Both the position numbers and the translations under genes were made by a program. Below the pieces are notes generated by a model that did no database searches, had not been told where the DNA came from, and saw nothing but the letters and a program-made list of their open reading frames with translations. 64,000 bases of DNA from Amphiscolops sp. MND2022 (lineage: Eukaryota), in assembly GCA_964187785.1 (NCBI GenBank), contig OZ076409.1:49230001-49294000 (forward strand), read 5' to 3'. Below are positions 48,300 through 58,613 of this stretch, one piece after another; the stretch's first letter is position 1; every line of letters starts with the position of its first letter.

Positions 48300-51221
48300 C
48301 CAACGAGTTAGCCGTGCACTGTATTGTTTGTGTGCCCGATTCTTTTTCAGTAACGGTTGTAATGCCTGGTGGTCTGTTAGCAAATTAACTCTTTTACCGT
48401 AAACGTAATATCGGAAGTGCTCTAATCCCCATAAAGCTCCCAGTAACTCTAGTTCATTTATTGCGTATTTTCTTTCGCAGTCGGTTAAAAATCTACTGGC
48501 AAAAGCTATGGGCCTGAATACTATACCTTCCTTTTGCCATAGGGTCGCTCCCAGTCCAGTATTGCAAGCGTCTGTTGTGATATAGTTGTCCCTTTTTGGG
48601 TCGAAGTGGGCAAGACACGGGGCTTCCGTAATTTCCTTCTTCAGTTGTTCAAAGTCGTCGTCTATTTCTGCTGTCCAATCCCATTTGACATCCTTTTTGA
48701 GTAATCTCCTCATTCGATCGGTTTTCTTTGACAGATTATTGATGAATTTGGATAAGTGTTGTATCGATCCAAGGAAGGATTTTAACTCCTTCACGTTTTT
48801 TGGTGCGGCTAATTTCGTAATTGCCTCCGTTTTGTCCTCGATTGGTTTTACGCCATTCTGATTAATAAAGTAGCCGAGCCAGGTTAGTTCTTTCTTGAAC
48901 AGTTCCGTTTTCTTTTCGCTGGCTCGGTATCCGGCGTTTTGTAGTTTCTTCAGTACTTCTCGCAGTTCTTTTTCATGATCATCAATGCTTCCATTCGTCA
49001 CGCAAATGATGTCATCTAGCCAAACAGGGGTTTTAAATTCTAGCACGTTGTCAATGTGTTCTTGGAATACCGTCGGAATGTCAGATAATCCGTAGAAACC
49101 CTTCTTGAAGCGGTAATGACCAGTGAAGTCTCCGCCAATTATTGAAAATACACAGTGTTTGGCTGCTTCTTTTGCTAATTTTGCCTGGCCGTAGGCGTAG
49201 TCCAGGTCTATTTTAGACATCCAGATTTCGCCTTCGCCGTTAGTTATTTTGGCGGAGATTTTGCTGATTAATTCCTCCATGTTTGGCATTGCTGCTTTTC
49301 GCTTTACGCATGCCTCGTTAAGTTTTCTTGAATCCAGGGCGATTTTGACCGACTTGTCCTTTTTGATGGTTATGACGGCAGGGGAAATAAAACAATTTTC
49401 TGTAGTCTCGTCCGCTTTCTCGATATGTCCCGATTTGATAAGTTTCTCCAGTTCATCTCGGACGCTTTTTTGAAAGTGTATGGGGACTGGTCGTCCCTTT
49501 TGTTGTATGGGCTTTACATCTTTCTTCAGCTGAATGTCGATTGTTAGGTCTTTTATGGTGTGGTTGTTTTTGAATAAGTCTTCGTGTTCGTTGATAATTT
49601 TCTTTCGTCTATCTTCTTCTTCCACATAGCGGATCACATTTGTCTTTTTGCTGCCTTGTAGTCCAATTTCCAGTCTATCCAGCCAGTCCAATCCCAACAG
49701 TGGTTGTGTGTTTTTGTTCTCTGTGATCAGGATAGGTAATGTCTCTTTGCTTTTTTCCGTTTTCACTTCGACCATGGCCTCGCCCTTGAATTTGATGGGG
49801 TTTTTATTCACGTCGACAAAAGTTTTTGTCGTTTTCTTTATGTCTTTTGGTGTGATAATTGGAGGTATGATGGTCACGGGTGAGCCTGTATCAATGATAA
49901 ATTCTATTGGTTGGCCATGGACCAATAGGATTGCTTTGTAAAAGTCAATGCGGTTCACACCGTTGACGGACTGAATATGGTCAATCTCCGGCCATGGTTC
50001 GGTACTGCTGTCCGATGAAGCCGTTTCTTTTATCCGGCTGACGGTCTTGGATTTGCATACTTTGGCAAAGTGTCCCATCTTTTTGCAATTGTTGCATTGA
50101 GCCTTCCGTGCCGGACAGATATGTTCCATTGACCAGTTTGGTTTTCCACAAAAGCGGCAATCCCGGTTTGGAAAGTTCTTTTTCTCGGTAAAATTTGTTT
50201 TGCGTTTCCGTGACTGGTTGGTATGGCCGATCAATTCGGTGGATGTTGAGCTGTTTGATGAATCTTTCCGGGCTTTTTTGCTTTTCGGCCTCTTGTCCCC
50301 GTATTTTCGGTTGTAATTGTCAAGTTCTATCGTGTCGAGGACGAGTTGTAATTTCAGGGGGCCTCTTATGAATTTATCACGGGCTTTTTTGTCTTTTATT
50401 GTTGATGCGAATTTGTATGTAATGATTTCCTCTGCTGTGATGTTGCCGAAGTCGCACTTTCTCTCGATGTCTACGAGTCTCTTCCAGTATTCATCGAGTG
50501 TTTCATTGTCTTCCTGCTTCATGTTAAAGAACTGTGCCCGGCTATGAAATATATTTCTTGCAGGGAGGAAAGTTTTCTTGAACAGGGTTAGTAGTTCGGA
50601 AAGATTCACTTCTTTCAGTTCACGGCCCCATTGACCTCTCATGATTTCATGTTTGGCTTTTGGGCCAAGTGCCCAGATAACATCACCTTTAATGTGGTAG
50701 ACTGTGTGGGGATCCATGTATTCTGTCCCTTCATCGATGATTTCTTCTAGATTTCGGTTATATGTCAAATGGATGTATTCCGAAATCTGCTCCCACCACA
50801 TTTTGGGATTGATTTTGGTGAGGTCTGTTTCCCTGTCTGATAGTATGGGAATTTTGTATTTGATTTTCTCCATCCGTTCTGACGATGTTGTAGTGTTGTT
50901 CGTTCTGGATGATCGTTCCGATATATTCGGCTCACCTTCATTTAGGTTCGGATTGGTGTTGTTGTTTTCCATTGTTTTGATCAGATTGCTGACTGCGCCA
51001 TAAAGTAGGTCAGGAAAAGTTCAAAGAATGTATTAAGACTGGAATGGTTCAAAGTAACAAAGCTGTATCAAACGACTGTACTTTATCTTCAACTTGTATC
51101 TATCTGTAACTACATGACTTCAGAACATAAGATCATTGGCAGGTAGTTTTGTGTCATGTTATTCGCCAAGGTTTATCATTGACACTTGTTGGATTGACAC
51201 ATTTTTGATGCTTGTGTCACA
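48300..51221 (-). mobile_element. Duplicated 5' half of the Ty3/gypsy element (LTR 51001-51221, PBS, gag-PR-RT-RH; ORF 48240-50972 truncated at the junction)
   Basis: 910-aa ORF nearly identical to 41954-45172 up to ...SARLTRW, then reads into flanking DNA. Confidence 0.93.
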
Positions 51222-52048
51222 GTGGCGACCATCTATGATAGTAGAGGTGTTGATAAAGTGCTGTTGTAATACTTCGGGAATATGGTTTGCAGGAGTAGTT
51301 TTAGTAATCACTGGTAACTCGGAATACGTTCTGGTTATTTATTGGTCGTTTTCGTATAGTTAATTTTTGACAATTTCCTGGAATATCTGCCAGGATCTGT
51401 ATCAATATATCCAGATTGTTTCAAAAAAAGACCAAAATACCCGAGAACTCGAACGGTTTTACATTTCATTTCAGTTCTGGTTCAGTCCTTTTCAGTATAA
51501 GTATCATTATTTTCATCAAAAATGCTGATAGTGCAAAGCTAGATGAATTTAACCAAGTTTCAAATAGTTTCCGTTTTGACACCGCTCCTGGCACCAAAAA
51601 GGGCTAATTTTGGTTTTACATTGGTGCCCTGTGAACTAAAAATGATTTCGAACCGCATTTTGATAACATTCGACACTTTCTATTGTCTAAAATGTACAGA
51701 AAATAATGGTGAACCAAACGATTTTTAGTTTCTCATTTTTACAGGGAAGAATTCAGTTTTAGAAAAAACTCAGGAATTGAAGAACACGAAAAACTATTAA
51801 GCTACAAAGAACTAAGAATCGCCTTATTTGGTTTCTCATGAGCAACGTAAGCCCACGGGTCGATTTCTTGTTTGATTATAATCAAACCAGAAAATGGTCC
51901 GTCGTTTGTCTTTTTGCGCCTAGCCACTCGGCCATCATAAATTTTGGTATAAATCAATCCCGTAGTATTTTCTAAAACCAAATATAGACTAAAAGCCGTT
52001 TGACTCAGCATAATTTTCGGTACTTTTCAGGCAATAGAAAGTGTGGAA

Positions 52049-52153
52049 TGCAAATTATGGAATCGTCCTGACCATTCTTTGTTGCTGATTACAGGAGCAT
52101 ATATGCTCCTGTAATCAGCAACAAAGAGTGGTAAGGACTATTCCAGGATCTGC
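52049..52153. repeat. Second copy of the long palindrome (core 52076-52127)
   Basis: Part of the 5.8 kb duplication. Confidence 0.9.
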
Positions 52154-52935
52154 AAGGTTGGAAGTGATACTGGTAGGGGCTTCAACAGTCCTTACTACAC
52201 GTTGCAAATACTTCTTCGTTCTTGGGATCGAATTCTCTCATTAGGAGTGAGAACAGACTATGATAGATGCTACAGCGCCTCTACTAATTCTAAAATTCAT
52301 GAAAAATCTAACTATATTTCATCAATGCAATTAAACAAGATCCATTTCAGACTCAGGCTGTAAGATTTTTAGTTTTCCAGTAGCTTTAACTATTTGTTGA
52401 GAATAGCTCCACTACAACTCAATTAAACCCGTAGGTACCATGCACGAGACAAGGACTGGCTGAGTATCTACATAAATTTTTATTAACTCCGAAGAAGAGA
52501 CGAATCAACTTAATCGAAGGCGGTGGGGGTAAGTGTGACAAGGAAATCACGATCTTTACAACTTTGCTATTTTTCCCTCTTTCAGGGGTTTGTCTCGCTA
52601 CTCTTGGACTGTTTGAAATTATCTTTTCGCTGATGAAAAGAAGCAGGTTGAACTTTAATTACTATACATCAAATAAATAAGTCGAGTAATAGACACAAAT
52701 ACAATTTCACATCCACGAATAATAGAATGAATAATATGATAACATCGATAATAGCGGAGAATATTACTGAGTATATTAGCAGGCATATTAGGAGGCATAT
52801 AACACAAGAGAACAGTAAACAAGAATTTCAGCAAGGTTAAGCTTTTGTATCCGTAAGGATGGGGGTGATATCGAAGATATCGGAAGAGTCAACTCGCCGC
52901 AAAATCTCTATCGGTCTTGGAGTGAAAACAACAAT

Positions 52936-53050
52936 CCGTGTATTATCAGCCCACTTAGGCTTAAACCGTGTATTATCAGCCCACTTAGGCTCAACCGTGT
53001 ATTATCAGCCCACTTAGGCTCAACCGTGTATTATCAGCCCACTTAGGCTC
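52936..53050. repeat. Second copy of the 29-bp minisatellite
   Basis: Part of the 5.8 kb duplication. Confidence 0.95.
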
Positions 53051-55033
53051 TTTTACATGTAACACGATAGACCAGCAGTCCACCCTACTCCCGGGTCGAA
53101 ATCCGTACTAGCGAAAAGCGGGGTAGCAACAAATCAGGCAACTTCAGGTTGTTAGGCTGAAGGCACGGGCTAACCGGCCAGACGAAGTAAATCTGCAATT
53201 TCGATAGTCCGGCGTCTGATGCGGGATGCTATCGGACGCAAAGCAGCAAACCGTTCTCTAGATTTCAACTCACTTTGTGTGTCGCTAAAATGGCGCACAC
53301 TTCGGCCTAAGTTACTTTTTCGGCAGTTTAGTCATATCATTATTCATAGTTTATCATCTTTCCTTTTTCGGGTTCTGACTAAGTGTTGAGCAATACAGTT
53401 TTTTCCTACTTCGGTACTGAAAGTTCATTAGGAGTACATTTTCTCAGCACGAGTTTGTCCTAGTTCCACCTCCTTGTCAATCATGACTGATGGTTTTACT
53501 TCGTTTTCAATAGAATTTAAGGGGTGGTGCTACTGACTCAGTGTTTCCCACTTTTGTAAGCACGACTTGAACTTCGGCTTACTGATTGACATTTGCACCT
53601 TTTGCCAGGTCTCTTTTTCTCACGCGGTTCCTGACAACTCTCTCCAGCTAAATCTGGGTGAAGGAAATAATTTTCTACAATTTACAATGACCTAAAAGGC
53701 GATTTCAATTCATATCAAAAAAAGTCGATTTTCGTGTTACAACTTCTAAGGGCAAAAACAAGGTGTTCCGATCACGGGAGGCAAAAACCAAGTACACCAT
53801 TTGAAAGTACAGATCGTGGGCTACAAAAGCTTACTCCATGGTTTGCTTTCTATTTCAACTCCTTCACAATGAAAAACGCCTTTAAAGTTTGGTAGTCAAA
53901 AATCACCCATCGGTTTTCACGCAAATCTCAACTTTGGAGTGCTAGTACTCAGTCAATTTGAAAGATACAGGCTGGGGGTTTATATACATCGTTAGCCCAA
54001 GCCATTAGGAGTATTTTGCACTTTAGATGAGGTCTCTATCTTTTCTCAACAAAATTTGATAGTACTTTTTCTGAAAGTAGTCATTTTCCCGATTTTTATG
54101 TCTGGACTTTCAACTTTGGAGGCCAATATCTCGAAACCAGGGCATTTTTCGGAAAAACGCTTCTGCTAAACGCTGTGCGCCTGGGTCTTGTGCGTCTACC
54201 CTGAAAATTTCAGCTCGATATCGCCCAAAACGTGCGGGGGGGGGTTCGCATTTTGGTAGGTCGACATCCCTATCGGCTGAAAGAAATCACAACTTTAAAT
54301 TCTTGGGGGTTCTTCGCTAGCGCACCGCAGCACTCTATTTATTATTCTATTCACTCTTCCACTTCAATTCTCAAGTACGCTGTGAAGGGGGCGGCTATTG
54401 TGCGCTTACACGTTGAGTACTACGCGATAACATGCGAAAAACGGCTTTTTAGGCCATTTTAGGGCTGTTTTTAACGTTTGCTGGCTCAGTTCTCAAAAAC
54501 TACTGAATATTATTTATTTTCCAATTAACACAAGTTAGGGCATCCATTTATCTTTAATTTAAGCCATATCCGAACAATTTCTGACAACTGTAGCGATCAC
54601 ACGAAATTTTTAAACGAAACTCAATTTTGGAAAATCGTCAAAATTTTATATGCACTTATTTTTAAAGCGTCTCCCCGAAATGTTCCCGGGGTCGCACAAC
54701 GCTCATATTCTCAACTTAAGCTCTCCTTTGGATGGGCTTTTGAATGCTGAAAACCGTTTGTTGCTATCTTTTTTCATCTTCGAGAAATCGGGTTTTGATT
54801 TTTAATTTCTATTAAGAGGGGGGATTAATTCAAAGTGTGCGGCGGCCGTTTTCTTATTAGCTACGCGTACAGCCACTCACAGCGCGTTCTAATTTTCATT
54901 CCTTTCGCTTTCTGACACGCTTAGGTGAGTTGCATTCAATGCTTATACCGCGTACTGTGAAGTTTCACTCTCGCATACCCTCAAATACACGTATTAACAT
55001 AGCGATTTTGACTAAATTCTACATACCGTGAAA

Positions 55034-55984
55034 ATGGCTTCATCTTCTAATTCTCGATCTTTAAAGTACAAAACTGATTACTCAACACGTAGTCAGAGTG
55101 TGGTTGACCGTATGAATGACATTTACAACACTTTTAATGCTAATAACACTGTTTCTGACTTTACTATAATTCATGAACTTTGGCCCCGTTTCCCCACTAT
55201 TTCCCCTGTTAATTTTAATTCTATTTCTCCCCCGCAGCCTTGCATTCTTGCCGGCGTTAATGTTCAGCCTAGGGGCATTTTAAAACAGCTTTCTGATAAA
55301 CCTGATTTAGTTTGGGCTGATTTTGAGAACATTCCTGATTATCCTTTAATTAATATTACAAAAGGCCCGGAGTATTCTGTAACTCGCGAATTTATTAATT
55401 CTATGCAAGGGGATATGGACTTTGCTAATTGTCTTACGTCTTTTTCTTTTCTTGATCAAATTGTAACTAGCTGTATAGGTTTATTAGTACAGGGCCCTTG
55501 GTTTTCGTATGCGCATATTGAAGTTGGAGGAGGCGCTTCTTATGCACTTCTGCATACGGGAATCAAAATATGGTGTGCGACCACCACTAATAGTTCTTCT
55601 CGTTTGTTAGAACGTTGCTGCAATAATGCAAATAACTTCATTGATTTCGTTCAAAGGGGGCCACGGGACAAGGAGGCTAATTATTTAAGATTTACTATTC
55701 AGCGGCCGGGGGATTTAATTTACGTTCCTAGTTTGCGGCCTCACGCCGTCCTCACCCTAGACACAGGTAAGCCTACTATTTTATCGGGGTGGGACGCGTC
55801 TACCATTGCTGATTCAACCATCATTACTCGGACACTGGATGAGTACATCATAGGAGTTCGACGTGGCACCTGGAGGAAGATTTTACGGACACAGGGCAGA
55901 GAGGCACTACGAAATTGGGTATTTACTCCCGCAAAGGGCCCTCAAGCATCTAAAGAGAATTTACGCAAACACTGGACTTATTGA
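55034..55984 (+). CDS. Intronless JmjC (cupin-fold Fe/2-oxoglutarate oxygenase) domain protein
   Basis: FSYAHIE (HxE), GIKIW, FTIQRPGDLIYVP...PHAV (distal His); ATG at 55034; AATAAA at ~56094; TGA at 55982 may be premature (frame continues 13 codons to TGA ending 56026). Confidence 0.8.
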   Translation: MASSSNSRSLKYKTDYSTRSQSVVDRMNDIYNTFNANNTVSDFTIIHELWPRFPTISPVNFNSISPPQPCILAGVNVQPRGILKQLSDKPDLVWADFENIPDYPLINITKGPEYSVTREFINSMQGDMDFANCLTSFSFLDQIVTSCIGLLVQGPWFSYAHIEVGGGASYALLHTGIKIWCATTTNSSSRLLERCCNNANNFIDFVQRGPRDKEANYLRFTIQRPGDLIYVPSLRPHAVLTLDTGKPTILSGWDASTIADSTIITRTLDEYIIGVRRGTWRKILRTQGREALRNWVFTPAKGPQASKENLRKHWTY

Positions 55985-57292
55985 GAGACTTATTGTCCGC
56001 ACTTACTTTCTAAATTATCTGTTTGATTCTTTTGTTTAATTAGTCGATAACACCCCCGGTTCGTTTTCATAACCTTGCTGAGTAATTAATTTAAATAAAC
56101 TTCTTTACTATACATACGAAAAAGGTCAAAAATCCTACACAGGCAAACTAAAAGTTTGACAAAAGTTACTACTTTTACTGGAACAACACTTTTCTATGTA
56201 TTTGTGAAGATATTACGCTCACTTCATTTTCTGACTTTTCGATGCAAGTTTTGAATGATTTTTGATTGCATGTTGCTAAAATTATTCAAGGCAGAAAAAA
56301 ATTCCGGTGCATAGTAGTATCTTGTATATCAAGATGCCAGTTTTGAATTATTATTACCTCTCATGTGCAGTGTGAGGTTTCTCAATATATACGAGTTTCT
56401 CACCTGCTTGGCGTTTTTCCTCTCGTCTACTTTTGACAAAATTCCACCACTTGGCAGCTGCCCACGCACTTAGCTCCAGTTCCCTTAATTCTAATGTTGT
56501 TCTTGCGTTGTGCAACTAAAAAAAATCACTAAACTGTTTATACTCTGAAACCCAAATCTTCAGTTGCTTTTCATATTTCATGCCTTCCAGTCAGATCGTT
56601 TACAGCAGAACCAATCTTTACTCCCATTTGAATTCTTGTAATGAGAATTGACTGAAACAAGCCGGCAACGGCATAAGGCTCAAAAACAGCAAAAGAATTT
56701 CAAAGCGTAAAAGATTTTCTTTTGAATAAATTCTCGATTCCACAGTACCAAAAAACCCAAAGGGTGACCCTTTTGGGCCCCATAAGGGCTTTTTTTGCTC
56801 TCAGCCGCACGAAAAATATATCTATTTATCAAGGCAAATTATTTTATCAAGGCTTCTATCAGAAATTTATTATTTTTTATCAACTTTTTTTTCCAAAACT
56901 ACCAAAAACCAAAATGGGAACCTTGTGATAAATAAAAGAGTTTCCGAAAAACAGTCTCAAAGTAGCAAAAAAACGCCAAAAAAACAACCCTCAATGCTTC
57001 ATTGTATTCAAATAATTCTGTCAAAATTTGAAAGGGAGGCTCCCTACGAACAATGTTCTAGTTTTAGGAGTTTCGTGAAAATTTGGCATTCGGCATGAAA
57101 TGGTCAGTTCGACCGGAATGAAAAAAAATTGCTACGAAAATTCATAGTAGTCGCGTTTTATTTCATAAAGCGCCAACTAAAAATAAAATGAACATGATCC
57201 TAAAATTTTCCGAAAATCCGGAACTTCTTGAGAACAATTTTTCAGGAATTTTCATAATGCTTGTTATTGACTGATTTGAAATCAACTAACAA

Positions 57293-58582
57293 TGTTATCG
57301 TTCGTTGTATCATCTCCTGGAAAGTCATCATCAAAGAAAAGTTCATTTGCAGCACTCTGAATTAATTAGATACAACATACTTTCACTCACAATAATGTAC
57401 TCCATTTTATAAAAAGTTGACGGATTTTCACCGGGTTTTCATGGAAGTTTCTAGTTTTCCGAGGTAGATGGCATTGAAGTACTTTCCTCTCGGGTTCGCG
57501 AGTTCCTTTTTTGTAGGACTTTTCTCTTTGATTGTGTTGGAAATATCACGGCTGCAGTAGTGTTTACACTCTCCGTGTCGCTGCTATCTGCATCGAACAC
57601 CGCCGCTCCCGCGCGCGAAGCAGAGGTGGTGCTGCTGACAGTAGTGGGCGTAGAGACTGCAGTTGTTGTGGTAGACGTTTCGTTATCTAGAGTTAGATGT
57701 CTAAACATAGCTCGTTGGAAGGAGTTGATGTCCACTCGTGGGCGGTGGGGCGGCTGGGGGTGGACCTGGAAAGATCTATCCCAGGGAGATTCTCCGTGCT
57801 GCACCCAACTCCACATATATTGATGCATCGGTGCTCTCCAGTGAAATCTAGTACTGAGGGGATTCCCCTCAGCTCTGGGGCCTTCGTCAGGCAAGGCAAG
57901 AATCCTTACCAAAGTAGCCATAAAATTGCTCCGTTCGGGTTTTTCGATGGAGGCCTGAATTACTGCCATCAGAATTTGCCGGGTCATTTCGCAGTATAAG
58001 CTCAGTCTCATCCACTGGGGATACCACAATGCGTCCAGCGGAGAGTACTTCTCCAGGTGGAAATAGATATAGTCCACGCCAGGCGCGGGTGTTTCGATTT
58101 TGTTTAATCGGTATGTAGTCAGTGGGTTTCCTGCTCGTAATGTGAGCGGCAGAACGCCTGATGTCATGGGCATATTCGCATTACGGGTGTCATCATTTGC
58201 GGTGCTGTACAATTGCGTTGGCACAAAGGCTGACAAGTTTCCTCCTTGAATATTGTAAGTATTGGCAGACGACGTAGATTGCATTTTCAAGAGTGTTTTT
58301 TTTTCTATCTTTAAGTTGAAAATAATTTTTGAGGTGGTTGCAACTGTAAACGACTGATCAGTTAAGGAACAATTTTTATACTGACTGGATTTTTTTTTTG
58401 TTATTTTTGTAAAATTTTACTTTCCCATCATTTAATTGATTGACATATCGTTTATCACAACTTTTAAAAATTTTCCCTCGTTTGTCCAAGTGGGGAACAC
58501 CGTAGAATGACCTATCAGTTGAGTTATGAGGGCAAATAAATACAGGGGGGGTGGAGTTTAGTACAAATCAGCACAAGTTACA
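57293..58582 (-). repeat. Putative 3' LTR (~1290 bp)
   Basis: On the minus strand, purine-rich GAGAAAAACCGTGAGAATATA just after the env stop is followed by TGTAAC (58582); ends ...CGATAACA (57293); partner LTR is outside the window. Confidence 0.55.
57451..58290 (-). CDS. Accessory ORF (279 aa, unknown function) inside the putative LTR
   Basis: Uninterrupted ORF, same strand as pol/env; Trp/aromatic-rich central region and Ser/Thr-rich, basic tail; first ATG at 58284. Confidence 0.7.
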   Translation of the reverse strand: MKMQSTSSANTYNIQGGNLSAFVPTQLYSTANDDTRNANMPMTSGVLPLTLRAGNPLTTYRLNKIETPAPGVDYIYFHLEKYSPLDALWYPQWMRLSLYCEMTRQILMAVIQASIEKPERSNFMATLVRILALPDEGPRAEGNPLSTRFHWRAPMHQYMWSWVQHGESPWDRSFQVHPQPPHRPRVDINSFQRAMFRHLTLDNETSTTTTAVSTPTTVSSTTSASRAGAAVFDADSSDTESVNTTAAVIFPTQSKRKVLQKRNSRTREESTSMPSTSEN

Positions 58583-58613
58583 TATATTCTCACGGTTTTT
58601 CTCGGGAAGACTC

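Larger units (their letters stand above)
42500..54105. repeat. 5.8 kb tandem duplication (42500-48299 and 48300-54105)
   Basis: Junction ...tatgtctgg|ccaacgagtta at 48299/48300; ORF set repeated at +5800; a few SNPs and small indels between copies. Confidence 0.95.

Noticed and set aside
39862..51003. Plus-strand ORFs overlapping gypsy gag-pol, and similar antisense ORFs over the BEL and env genes
   Set aside because: Antisense shadows of long coding frames with no independent evidence.
54180..54830. DNA-transposon termini around the JmjC ORF (GGGGGGGGGTTCGC...GTCGACA; TTAA-GAGGGGGG)
   Set aside because: No matching opposite terminus or TSD found in the window, so no element can be delimited.
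25870..55984. TGA reassignment or selenocysteine, suggested by in-frame TGAs at 25870, 29082, 38953, 41954 and 55982
   Set aside because: Long ORFs use TGG at conserved Trp sites and contain no other TGAs, TGA ends env normally, and no SECIS was identified; point mutations from CGA/TGG are simpler.
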